Shown in pieces: positions 1 through 8,534 of a stretch of DNA of 20,000 nt. The notes under the pieces are model-generated. The model had not been told where the DNA came from. It searched no databases and worked only from the letters and a program-made list of their open reading frames with translations. The first letter of the stretch is position 1. Every line of letters begins with the position of its first letter. The translations under genes were made by a program, and so were the position numbers. The stretch spans positions 58,742 to 78,741 of IMG/VR virus record IMGVR_UViG_2565956931_000003. One strand, given 5' to 3'. The stretch is from an uncultured virus (IMG/VR IMGVR_UViG_2565956931_000003). Its lineage: Duplodnaviria; Heunggongvirae; Uroviricota; Caudoviricetes.

Positions 1-21
1 GCGGTTACTTTTTTTAATCAT
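1..21 (-). CDS. 5' end of a phage gene running off the left edge (MIKKSNR...)
   Basis: ATG at 21-19 preceded by a GAGG RBS (GAGGTCGTTATG on -); only 7 codons visible, so no product can be assigned. Confidence 0.55.
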
Positions 22-28
22 AACGACC

Positions 29-76
29 TCAAATCAAGCAAGTAAGATTTACATAGACTTGAAACTCTTCTTGCAT
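29..76 (-). CDS. Possible 15-aa leader peptide MQEEFQVYVNLTCLI
   Basis: AAGGA RBS (88-84) ahead of ATG at 76; TGA stop overlaps the GAGG RBS of the next gene. Confidence 0.25.
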   Translation of the reverse strand: MQEEFQVYVNLTCLI

Positions 77-168
77 GACAAAATCCTTAAAAACACTTAG
101 TTCCAGAATTATTGACCGTTTGATTTATTTAAAAGGACCCTAGTTCCAATCATTATTTTTGACGAGAT

Positions 169-202
169 AAAAAAAGTCCGCACCTTGGGGAAAGTACGGA
201 CT
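169..202 (-). terminator. Rho-independent terminator (minus strand)
   Basis: AGUCCGUACUUU-CCCC-AAGGUGCGGACU stem-loop followed by a U tract; its two G.U pairs form only on the minus strand. Confidence 0.8.
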
Positions 203-237
203 ATAAAACTTAAATTAACGTAAACCGATAAACAGTT
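169..237 (-). ncRNA. Candidate ~70-nt small RNA with C-rich terminator loop
   Basis: TTGATA (271-266), 17 bp spacer, TAAATT (248-243) promoter-like sequence ahead of the terminator, with no ORF between. Confidence 0.35.
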
Positions 238-283
238 CACATAATTTAATATATAAATCGTTTTTTATCAATATATATATTTA

Positions 284-499
284 TTAAGCTTGATGCCTAA
301 TCATCTTTTCAACGATTTTGCAGGCTTCATGAAAATCAATATCGTTACTAATCCAGAATCTATGAGTTTTATCACCCAGTATAAAACTCTGGGTGAAATA
401 CTCTGACTTTTTCTCAGGATCTATATCAGCTGCTTTAAATGAATAAACATCCTTCTCAACCACTTGTCCATTAAGATCACCACCAATACATATTTTCAT
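284..499 (-). CDS. Hypothetical protein (71 aa)
   Basis: ORF track; same strand as neighbours, GGA RBS, tandem stops. Confidence 0.75.
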   Translation of the reverse strand: MKICIGGDLNGQVVEKDVYSFKAADIDPEKKSEYFTQSFILGDKTHRFWISNDIDFHEACKIVEKMIRHQA

Positions 500-547
500 T
501 ACAAGTCCAATTCAAGATACGACTCTATCCTACACCTCAATTGCTAT

Positions 548-1327
548 TTATATTTTAATTTTATTTTCATCGGGTGTCTCATTATGAATTTTTAGACCAT
601 CAGCAAGTGTTTGCACAACTTCGGGGATATCAAATAAATCTACATAAGGTACAAAAAATGAATCTTTTGCTCTATTTAAAAAACCAGGTGCTTGTCTATC
701 TTTAAAAGTACTAGCATTACAAAATAGTTCAAAAAAGAATCCTTCGTAAATCATGCATAAAACAAACCCTTTACCTTGAATTCTATTATATGGATTTATG
801 ATAATTCGCTTTAGGCTTTCTGGAGGGAATCCTCCGGATTCATCTTTTAACAACCTAACTCTAACACTGAAGGCTTTTGGGTTTAAGTTTGCTTCATCTT
901 TGAAAACTTGTTTTAAATGATTACTAATACCTTCATTGATTACAACATTGGAATAAGCTGAGTGAGTTGAATAACCCGCTCTCCAATAGATTGAGAAGAA
1001 ATAGAGAATAACTCTATAGGTATTTACTTTACTAAAATAAATTCCGTGTGGACCTTCATTTGTTAAAATGCCTTTTTGTTCTCTTCTTAAAACATGATAA
1101 GAGTAGTCTTCATATTTTTGATTAAATAATCTTTCACAATCCTTACATAGCAATTTTGAATCCCATGTATCTGTACTTTTCTTTATTTGATTTTTTCCAA
1201 TTGAGATATTGATTGCATACCCATTTTCTACTTCTCTTAAAATCTTACTAAAAACAACTTTACCTATTACATGAGAGCGTTGTAACTCTTTTTCTTCTCC
1301 GCAAAGTTTACATATTTCTAAAGTCAT
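548..1327 (-). CDS. Zn-binding HNH-like nuclease-domain protein (cargo/moron-like)
   Basis: N-terminal CKLC...SHVI...LLCKDCE (CxxC-SH-CxxC) HNH-like pattern, uncharacterised C-terminus; visibly AT-rich. Confidence 0.65.
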   Translation of the reverse strand: MTLEICKLCGEEKELQRSHVIGKVVFSKILREVENGYAINISIGKNQIKKSTDTWDSKLLCKDCERLFNQKYEDYSYHVLRREQKGILTNEGPHGIYFSKVNTYRVILYFFSIYWRAGYSTHSAYSNVVINEGISNHLKQVFKDEANLNPKAFSVRVRLLKDESGGFPPESLKRIIINPYNRIQGKGFVLCMIYEGFFFELFCNASTFKDRQAPGFLNRAKDSFFVPYVDLFDIPEVVQTLADGLKIHNETPDENKIKI

Positions 1328-1346
1328 TTAATTCACTCTAATAATA

Positions 1347-1368
1347 AAGCCCATCAATTGATGAGCTT
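1347..1368 (-). terminator. Stem-loop, probable intrinsic terminator
   Basis: AAGCUCAUC-AAUU-GAUGGGCUU followed by UAUUAUU on the minus strand (G.U pair valid on -). Confidence 0.55.
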
Positions 1369-1403
1369 AACTTGTTATTTAATTTAAAACTATAACTTAC
1401 ATA

Positions 1404-1688
1404 CTATCGTTGAGTATGCCAGATTCTTTCACCAGTAGTTTCAGATTGACCAAAACCACATAATAAACATGCAACATCGTACCCGTGTACACATGACTTA
1501 TTAATAGGTTTTACATCTGAAGATGGACAACCAAAATAACCACCTTTATCGAGTCTTCCAATTAGAAAATCATTGTCTTCATCGACCCTATCAATCTGGC
1601 CTTCACCAAAAATATGAGTTCCATCAGTTTCCATTCGATTACATGATTTGAAATCTACATAGACTCTATCACCAATTTTGTATTTCAT
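1404..1688 (-). CDS. Phage hypothetical protein (94 aa; YopX/KOW-like 'KYKIGDRV' start, Cys-rich tail)
   Basis: ORF track; ATGA overlap with upstream gene. Confidence 0.75.
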   Translation of the reverse strand: MKYKIGDRVYVDFKSCNRMETDGTHIFGEGQIDRVDEDNDFLIGRLDKGGYFGCPSSDVKPINKSCVHGYDVACLLCGFGQSETTGERIWHTQR

Positions 1689-2092
1689 TGGCAGAACTCC
1701 ACTTTCATTCCGTCAAACTCTTGCTCAATTACAGACATTCCACGTGTAATAGCGGCTTGAGAAGGTAATTTCTTAAAGTCAATTTCATTAACCGCATGAC
1801 AGCTTTTACACATAAACTTGTTTTTCTTTTCAAGCTTTGACTGAATTACCCTTACCTCAGCTAACATTCTGTTATTACGATCTGTAACTTGGTTAAGTTG
1901 TCTTAGGTATTTAGCTATCCAAAGAACAGGGTTTAATTTTGTTTTGCAATCAATGCAAAGTACTTCGCTCTCTTCTTCCGAAATTTGAATATGTTTATGA
2001 TCACATTCAATTAATTCACGTTTTCGAGTGAACTTAATAACTTTCTGCTCTTCGTCAATTTGTATTAACTGCTTTTCTTGGAAACGGTTCAT
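1685..2092 (-). CDS. Phage Zn-finger/coiled-coil hypothetical protein
   Basis: CxH...CxxC...LNP motif, coiled-coil segment, second CxxC; ATGA overlaps at both ends. Confidence 0.8.
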   Translation of the reverse strand: MNRFQEKQLIQIDEEQKVIKFTRKRELIECDHKHIQISEEESEVLCIDCKTKLNPVLWIAKYLRQLNQVTDRNNRMLAEVRVIQSKLEKKNKFMCKSCHAVNEIDFKKLPSQAAITRGMSVIEQEFDGMKVEFCQ

Positions 2093-2460
2093 GCCGCAGC
2101 TCCCTTTTCATGACTAGAGCGTTTTTGATATTTGCCCTTTGATAAATTTGGACGATAGATACTGTCATAACATCCCTTACAAGCTGAATCTGGACGATGT
2201 ACAACTGATCCATCTTTACGCTTTGCTTTAACCATGAACCAAAACTCAGAATCAACGGGCCAATATTCTTGACAATGTTTACACAGCTTCTCTTTCCCTA
2301 GTTCTGTGAAGATATATCTAGGTTTTGCAGATTGCGCTTGAAGTTCTTTAGGAGCAAAAGTCTCTGGACTTTTGGAAGTACTTTTCTCCATAGAGTTGCT
2401 TTGCAACATCGCAAAAATACTTCGCTGTTGACGCTGGCGTTGTCTTAGTCTTTTCATCAT
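2089..2460 (-). CDS. Phage Zn-finger hypothetical protein
   Basis: KLCKHC...EFW...CKGC; TTGGGGA RBS; ATGA overlap. Confidence 0.8.
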   Translation of the reverse strand: MMKRLRQRQRQQRSIFAMLQSNSMEKSTSKSPETFAPKELQAQSAKPRYIFTELGKEKLCKHCQEYWPVDSEFWFMVKAKRKDGSVVHRPDSACKGCYDSIYRPNLSKGKYQKRSSHEKGAAA

Positions 2461-3188
2461 GCTGCATCCCCAAAACTAAGAGATTTACCATTTCCTATAA
2501 TTTGATCAGCAATCCAAAGCTGGCGTAATTTTACCTCAGCTACTCCACTGTTTACCCATTCAGCAACACTCAAGAATTCCTTATACGCAGATACACTTTT
2601 AAATTTTGAGGAAGTACTTATCTCTACCTCTATCAAATCAATCCCAAAACCATCAGGTATATTTTTGTTTTGATCTAATGCCATTAAGATCTCTGCATTT
2701 AATCCTTTCCATCCTTTTCTACGTAAACCACCACCTATATCTACATAACAGTCTGCTTTTCCTTCTGAAAACTCAAAATAATTCATTTTCGGTGCGGTAA
2801 ATGGCTGATTTATTATTAGTTGCCCTTCATATTGATCGGTTCTATCGGACATTGTGATAGTGAGTTCAACATTCCATTTCTCACACTCTTCTACATGTTC
2901 AAGAACTTGAACAATTGCTAAATCTTGGTAACCGTAAGCTGCAATACTGAAGTGATATGGTATTGTTAAGCGATTAGGGAAACGCTCAAGCAATGCTGCC
3001 TCTTCAACTTTCTTTGCTTCGATATAGTCCCGTACATCTTTAGAAACGAACCGCATGCTGAACTCATATTCTTGAGCAGCTTCTCTACGCAATTCTGCCT
3101 GTCTCTGATTAGCTTGAACTTGCGCTGGTGTTAACTTGTTTGGATTGTATTTTTTTGAGCGTTTTTTGCTGGTTGCTTTAGATTTCAT
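2457..3188 (-). CDS. Phage hypothetical protein (start revised to ATG at 3188)
   Basis: Long ORF; ATG at 3188 forms an ATGA overlap with the upstream stop and follows a GGGGGAG RBS, fitting better than the track's GTG at 3194. Confidence 0.8.
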   Translation of the reverse strand: MKSKATSKKRSKKYNPNKLTPAQVQANQRQAELRREAAQEYEFSMRFVSKDVRDYIEAKKVEEAALLERFPNRLTIPYHFSIAAYGYQDLAIVQVLEHVEECEKWNVELTITMSDRTDQYEGQLIINQPFTAPKMNYFEFSEGKADCYVDIGGGLRRKGWKGLNAEILMALDQNKNIPDGFGIDLIEVEISTSSKFKSVSAYKEFLSVAEWVNSGVAEVKLRQLWIADQIIGNGKSLSFGDAA

Positions 3189-3718
3189 TTGCACACTCCC
3201 CCTTTAGCTCTTAACTTTTCAGCTACTAAACGATCAGCAACACGCTTGACTCGATTCCAAACAAAGTTGTGATCAATTTCAGAACGGCCTTGATAAATAC
3301 GTTCAAGTTGAAATGCCGTAACGGAATAATCCACTTCTAAGGCCAGTAAATCCCAATCTTCATTAAAAGCTGTAGCGTAGGGGGTCAATTGGTTTTTCTG
3401 TGCCCAAATACGCAATTGGCGAGCATCTGGACCACGCTTTACAACTGGTTTTGGCTTAGATTTGATTAAACCAGTGGAAAGCGCCCATTCAACACAAGTT
3501 TCGCAACGACAACATAAACGCTTGTACATAGGGCCGGTGCCGTGAGGCATATTGAGATCACGCCCTAAAGACTCAACCTGTCGGATTTTATTACCAGGAT
3601 GTTTCAGCCATTTCTTAACTGCTTTTTCTAATGCTTTTCGCTCATCAGATTTAGCTGCTACGTTTGAGTAAGCAACTAATGCGTATTCAGATTTTTTCAT
3701 ATCAATAAATGCGTTCAC
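3185..3718 (-). CDS. Phage hypothetical protein (177 aa, H...CRCxxC Zn motif)
   Basis: ORF track; HGT..MY..LCCRCETC motif; GTGA overlap with the DnaC-like gene. Confidence 0.8.
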   Translation of the reverse strand: MNAFIDMKKSEYALVAYSNVAAKSDERKALEKAVKKWLKHPGNKIRQVESLGRDLNMPHGTGPMYKRLCCRCETCVEWALSTGLIKSKPKPVVKRGPDARQLRIWAQKNQLTPYATAFNEDWDLLALEVDYSVTAFQLERIYQGRSEIDHNFVWNRVKRVADRLVAEKLRAKGGVCK

Positions 3719-4479
3719 TGTGCTTTACCTCCACCTATACGAGCATCATCCCAATCACATTCCACAATATCTAAGCCATCATGTTGAAATCTTGACCATA
3801 GACGGCCCCCAAGATCTTCGCGGACCTCAGAAAGACTTAGGTTTGAAATCACAACTGTTGGCTTCAACTCGTCATAACGAGTGAGTAGAACCTTATGAAC
3901 ACTTTCAAGAAGTTGAGGACGTTTTTCAGCACGGTCATGTAAACCGTATTCATCAATAATTAATAAATCTTTTTTTACATAGCGTTTTAGCGCTTCATCT
4001 TCACTATCACCACTACGGCGATAGGCACCCGCGATATCTTCAGCTAGATCTGCAGACGTAATGTAAATAGCTTCCCAGTTCTTAATGATGATATTTTTCA
4101 GAATTGATGAACCTAGATGTGTTTTACCCGTACCAGTACGGCCGACAAGAAGTAAATTTCGAAAAACACCTGAATTGAAATCCATAGTGAACTTTTCACA
4201 AGTTTTACGAGCTTTGTCTTGTCCTTTGTGAGTTACTGCATAGTTGCTAAAGCCGCTATTTACATGTCTTTTAGGGATACCAGCTCGAGCCATTTTCAAA
4301 TTTAAAATACGATTGTTCTTATCGCTTTCATATTTTTCATTTGACTGCTTCATGATTTTTTCAACACAAGACTGACAAACGATTCGACCATGTACATTGA
4401 TCATTTGTTCTTTGTGGATCTTACAGATCTGGTTTGTATGGGAAATTTTATATTCCAATTTTTGAGGCACTGCGTTCAT
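3715..4479 (-). CDS. DnaC/IstB-like AAA+ ATPase (helicase loader)
   Basis: N-terminal CxxH...CxxC, AGIPKRH, Walker A GRTGTGKT, Walker B LLIIDE, PTVVISNL; directly downstream of the initiator. Confidence 0.92.
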   Translation of the reverse strand: MNAVPQKLEYKISHTNQICKIHKEQMINVHGRIVCQSCVEKIMKQSNEKYESDKNNRILNLKMARAGIPKRHVNSGFSNYAVTHKGQDKARKTCEKFTMDFNSGVFRNLLLVGRTGTGKTHLGSSILKNIIIKNWEAIYITSADLAEDIAGAYRRSGDSEDEALKRYVKKDLLIIDEYGLHDRAEKRPQLLESVHKVLLTRYDELKPTVVISNLSLSEVREDLGGRLWSRFQHDGLDIVECDWDDARIGGGKAQ

Positions 4480-5519
4480 ATCAATTCACCCTTCACAGCT
4501 GTGTGAGCAACCGGTTCATATTTCTTTGGCGCGCCCCATTGATCATTTACATTGCGTGGTAACGATTGATGGTTTGACTGTTGACCGGTAGTCATTTCGG
4601 GTTTTTCGTTTAGGTACCAAGATGCTTTGAAGGCACCCCAAGGATTTTGTCTTTTCAAACAATATTCGACGGCTTGCTGCAGTGTGATTCCTGCTTTTTG
4701 GGCTTCATTCAAAAGTGCTTCAAAAGCGTTTTCGGTGTTTTGAGCTTTCTTGGCTTTACGAACTTGTAAGAACTCAGCAGCGTCTTTCTCAGGTACACCA
4801 TTTTTTTTCAAAGCACTCTTGAAACTAAATTTTGTTTGAGTCGATGAATCAACTTCGCCAACGGCGGAGTTGTTATTACCTTCTGGATTCTGATTAAAGG
4901 TTTCAGGATTCAGTGAATCAGGATTCAGATTAAAGGATTCAGGATTCAGGGCGTTTTGGTCTGAGATAGAAACAGTTTTAGAACCGTTATCTAACTGTTC
5001 TTGTTTGTTCCCACTACTGTTTGCTTGATTCGATTCGTTATCTTGATAACTGTTTTCAACAGCAGAACCAGTATTTTGAGGGGCAAACGGTCCTGTTTTA
5101 TCGTAAAAATGCTTTAAATCAGCTTTATTTAACTGAATTGGTTTTCCAACAATTGTTTTGTTTTTCGGGTTACGTTCATAGACAGTGTAGATACCATTAC
5201 GGTCAGGTAATTCACTGTCTTTCTCTAGCCCGTGCGGGTTTTGATGTTTAACAAAGTTAACGATATGGATAACATCAATACCATCAGCGTTATATAACTC
5301 GATAAAACCGAACTTAGAAATGTTCTCTAACTGTTCTGCAACGTTTATATCGTCTGCAGGAAATAAAGACATTTTGATTTTCTTAGGTCGATTTTCGAGT
5401 CGGCCTTCGCGATCTGCTAAAGTCCAAAGACCAATAAATAGCAATCGTGCTTCATAAGGTAATTCAATAATGTCTTCATTCATAAAGAATGAGGGCTTAA
5501 TATTTCTAGATCTTGCCAT
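4476..5519 (-). CDS. Phage replication initiator protein
   Basis: MARSRNIKPSFF...RLLFIGLWTLADREGRL N-terminus typical of phage initiators; low-complexity linker with DNA repeats; adjacent to the DnaC-like gene. Confidence 0.88.
   Translation of the reverse strand: MARSRNIKPSFFMNEDIIELPYEARLLFIGLWTLADREGRLENRPKKIKMSLFPADDINVAEQLENISKFGFIELYNADGIDVIHIVNFVKHQNPHGLEKDSELPDRNGIYTVYERNPKNKTIVGKPIQLNKADLKHFYDKTGPFAPQNTGSAVENSYQDNESNQANSSGNKQEQLDNGSKTVSISDQNALNPESFNLNPDSLNPETFNQNPEGNNNSAVGEVDSSTQTKFSFKSALKKNGVPEKDAAEFLQVRKAKKAQNTENAFEALLNEAQKAGITLQQAVEYCLKRQNPWGAFKASWYLNEKPEMTTGQQSNHQSLPRNVNDQWGAPKKYEPVAHTAVKGELI
4882..4949. repeat. Iteron-like repeats, probable phage replication origin
   Basis: Four copies of TC(A/T)GGATTC(A/T)G at 4882, 4903, 4918 and 4939, arranged as two 32-bp units 36 bp apart inside the initiator gene. 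Confidence 0.7.
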
Positions 5520-5522
5520 TTC

Positions 5523-7001
5523 TTAAGCTGCCTCATATAAGTGTTCATGTGCAAAATTTGCACGTACTAAAGCTTCAGAGAATTGAGGAGGTACGGAATT
5601 ACCTACCATTCTTCCCTGTTCTGTCTTAGTTAATTTGATAGTGTTTCCATGTTCATCGATCCCATGATCAATGATGTAAGTAGGTTCAAAACCTTGTGCT
5701 GTGAATAGTTCTCTTGGCTGAAGCATACGGAAGCCAATATCAACAATTTGGTGCAGCTCACCTTTAACCATTACAAGACCAAAACGATCACGTGTTGGTA
5801 TCGTACGAAGTGGCTCATGAATGCTATTTCCGTCTTTCTCACTACCGTAGAAGGCAGTTAGAAATGCTTGTACTAAAGCAAAATGACCCGCACTTGTGGT
5901 AATGGTATGTAATGGTTCATCAACAGGTTGACCAATGTTGTTTTTGCGCAGTTTCACCAGGTTGCTAACGACTAAACTGTTATGATCTTTTGCAGTAATC
6001 GTATGGAGCGGTTCGCGAATATCACTACCAACAACACCCGTATAATGCTTAGCAATGAACGCAGTAACCAACGCATGATGTCCACCTTTCACCCCTGCGC
6101 AAATTGTGCGTAAAGGTTCATCAACAGGCATACATCTTGGGCTTGAAGCATTTGCACACTCAGTAAGTACTGGGGCAACGCTTTTAACCTTATCCATTGG
6201 AACAATAAATGGTTCTGGATTATTGATTACATAACGGACTAAACCATTTGCTATACGGCGACAAGTTGCCTCAACTAGAGGTTTCTTACGAGTAAAAATA
6301 CTTGGGCAAGGAATTGACCAATCTATGCATTCTGCAGTGATTCGCCATGGTTTTAATTTCCCAGTTTTAACTGCTTTGCTATCTGGTGCAGCATGCGTAG
6401 GCTTGGGCCAAACTATAGGGAAGTTGTCACGGCGAGCAACTAGAAAAAACCGTCTTCTTAGAGTTGGAGATCCGTAATCCCGAGCACTCATTACTCGCCA
6501 TTCAACTTTATAACCTTGATGACGTAATGCATTAACAAAGCACCTGAATGTTTCACCTTTGTGCTTTTTACTCGGGAATCCATCTTTTCCTAATCTGCCC
6601 CAAGTTTTGAACTCTTCAACGTTCTCGAGCATGATTATACGTGGTCGTGTAAGGTCAGCCCATCTAAGAGCAATCCAAGCTAAACCACGTATTTTCTTTT
6701 CAACCGGTTTTCCACCTTTTGCTTTAGAAAAGTGTTTGCAATCTGGACTAAGCCAAACCAATCCTACAGGCTGATTGTTTGTAACTTTTACAGGGTCAAC
6801 ATCCCAAACATCCTCACAAAAATGACGAGTATTTGGATGATTAGCACGATGCATGGCAATTGCTTTAGGATCGTGGTTAATTGCAATATCAACTGGACGA
6901 CCAAAGGCTTTTTCTAAGCCAGTAGATGTTCCACCCCCACCTGCAAAATTATCAACAATCAATTCATGAGGTAATAAGTTAAGATTGAGGCACATATTCA
7001 T
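5523..7001 (-). CDS. Orphan DNA (cytosine-5)-methyltransferase
   Basis: Motif I DNFAGGGG, catalytic SPDCKHFS, ENV, RRRFF, C-terminal GNSV; no adjacent restriction enzyme. Confidence 0.93.
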   Translation of the reverse strand: MNMCLNLNLLPHELIVDNFAGGGGTSTGLEKAFGRPVDIAINHDPKAIAMHRANHPNTRHFCEDVWDVDPVKVTNNQPVGLVWLSPDCKHFSKAKGGKPVEKKIRGLAWIALRWADLTRPRIIMLENVEEFKTWGRLGKDGFPSKKHKGETFRCFVNALRHQGYKVEWRVMSARDYGSPTLRRRFFLVARRDNFPIVWPKPTHAAPDSKAVKTGKLKPWRITAECIDWSIPCPSIFTRKKPLVEATCRRIANGLVRYVINNPEPFIVPMDKVKSVAPVLTECANASSPRCMPVDEPLRTICAGVKGGHHALVTAFIAKHYTGVVGSDIREPLHTITAKDHNSLVVSNLVKLRKNNIGQPVDEPLHTITTSAGHFALVQAFLTAFYGSEKDGNSIHEPLRTIPTRDRFGLVMVKGELHQIVDIGFRMLQPRELFTAQGFEPTYIIDHGIDEHGNTIKLTKTEQGRMVGNSVPPQFSEALVRANFAHEHLYEAA

Positions 7002-7393
7002 AGTGCACCACCATTAACTTTTTTAAGCGTTAGTAAAACAGTGAATAATTGACCTGCAGAATATTTAAATGTCTTAACTTCAGTGCACTCAACTAAAAAG
7101 CGATGTTCACCAAAATTAACCCTACTTCCTGGTCTATCAAGTGTATAACGGCTCCAACCTTCAGGAATCGGATCACAGGAAAAATGGCCGTAGAATTTTT
7201 CAGGTCCACATTTAATGCTACAAAGGGGTTCAGCTACCCAAAAAACTTGATTGAGAAATTTTTTTCTCGCACGAAATTGATTGTTTTCCCCTTCCTTAAT
7301 TCGCATATTTACCGCTATTTCGCATAATTCCCTATCGCGGATATTTTTAGCTTGGTTGCGGTCAACGATGAGTTTATTTTTCATATCGCTCAC
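6998..7393 (-). CDS. Phage hypothetical protein (131 aa)
   Basis: ORF track; 4-bp overlaps at both ends. Confidence 0.75.
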   Translation of the reverse strand: MSDMKNKLIVDRNQAKNIRDRELCEIAVNMRIKEGENNQFRARKKFLNQVFWVAEPLCSIKCGPEKFYGHFSCDPIPEGWSRYTLDRPGSRVNFGEHRFLVECTEVKTFKYSAGQLFTVLLTLKKVNGGAL

Positions 7394-7998
7394 CCATCCA
7401 ATCCAATTAAATTCTTAAATTCAGAAATCACATCTACCAGCATTTTTTCGAGGTATACGTAATCAGGATTTAATTTGGATGGCCCACTTTCCCAAAGCCA
7501 GTCTTCACCAAACAGTTCACACATGATTGATCGGTCTTTAAAAGTGAGCTGGTCAAAGAAATTTGAAAAACATTCGAATTCAATTTCTTTAAGGTGTTCA
7601 TAAAAATTTCTAAGATCTTTTTTGGAAATTGCGCCACTTGATCGACCATCTTTTAATTCAGATAGCTTATTGATAGCTATGTATTCAATTACTTCATTAC
7701 CATCCTCAACATCTACCCACTTTTCAATTTTAGGAAAAAGTTTATTAAGTAAATAAGGAGCATGGCATTGGGCAATGAACTCTTTAAAAGTTGGTTGACC
7801 AACATGAGAAAAGAAAGCGGAACCGGTAAAACTACTTAAAACGACTGTTAGACGTCCACCGCCAGCACTATATAAATTATTTGGATCAACATAAGCTAAA
7901 GCCCAGTCTGACTTATATTCACCTATTTTTTTGAAGACGAACTTTTCCATTAAAAGTTCCCCAATGAAATTGTCTTCTCTATATACAATCTGGCTCAT
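7390..7998 (-). CDS. Conserved-looking phage hypothetical protein (alternative start ATG at 7950)
   Basis: ORF track; in-frame ATG at 7950 has its own TTGGGGAA RBS. Confidence 0.8.
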   Translation of the reverse strand: MSQIVYREDNFIGELLMEKFVFKKIGEYKSDWALAYVDPNNLYSAGGGRLTVVLSSFTGSAFFSHVGQPTFKEFIAQCHAPYLLNKLFPKIEKWVDVEDGNEVIEYIAINKLSELKDGRSSGAISKKDLRNFYEHLKEIEFECFSNFFDQLTFKDRSIMCELFGEDWLWESGPSKLNPDYVYLEKMLVDVISEFKNLIGLDG

Positions 7999-8534
7999 GA
8001 GGCGCCACCTTGGTTAACTTTATAAGACTTGCCATAGAGGACCAACTCAATAGTGCTAGTACTTACAGCAAATTCTTTTGCCAAATCTTTAACTTTTGAG
8101 CCTGATGCACGTTTTTTCCTAACGCTCTCTACTTGCCCTTGATTAAGTTTTGCATTTATATGTGATGCCCCCTGCTTATATCCACCATGCTGAACCCTAT
8201 CATTTGCATTATCTTGTTTTGTGCCATAAGCTAGATTTTCGTAACGATTATCGGATGGAATCCCATTTAGATGGCGTACTTCTTGATTTTCTGGAACAGG
8301 CCCAATAAATGCATCTGCAACAAGTTGATGAACACCAATTGGTCTTGATTTGCCATTACCGATATATACAGAAACGGTGCGATATCCTTTTGAAGTGGTA
8401 AATTGCGATAGTTCTTTTGAGTATGAAAAATCAACTCTATTTAGCCCTTTGGCTAACCTACCCTTGCGACGGTGTGTAAAAACTTTCCCATCTGCAGTGA
8501 CTTAGTAACTGTTAAACGATGGACATCTTTTCAT
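7995..8534 (-). pseudogene. NUMOD4-like/HNH homing endonuclease with C-terminal HTH, premature TAA at codon 11
   Basis: Manual translation: MKRCPSFNSY*VTADGKVF...SKGYRTV...VHQLVADAFIGPVPENQEVRHLNGIPSDNRYENLAYGTKQDN...NAKLNQGQV...LAKEFAVSTSTI; 180 codons; stop at 8504-8502; ATGA overlaps at both ends. Confidence 0.9.

Noticed and set aside
3795..3815. LGGRLWSR in the DnaC-like protein where LG(D/E)R is usual
   Set aside because: Single-residue variant with the arginines intact; inactivation cannot be claimed without an alignment
548..7001. Methyltransferase and HNH-like gene as a classical restriction-modification pair
   Set aside because: More than 4 kb apart in different contexts; the MTase sits in the lytic replication operon like typical orphan phage MTases
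2055..7327. Small overlapping ORFs 2055-2255, 2606-2800, 5021-5251, 6559-6774, 6732-6917 and 7103-7327
   Set aside because: Lie within better-supported genes on another frame or strand; no motifs or convincing RBS
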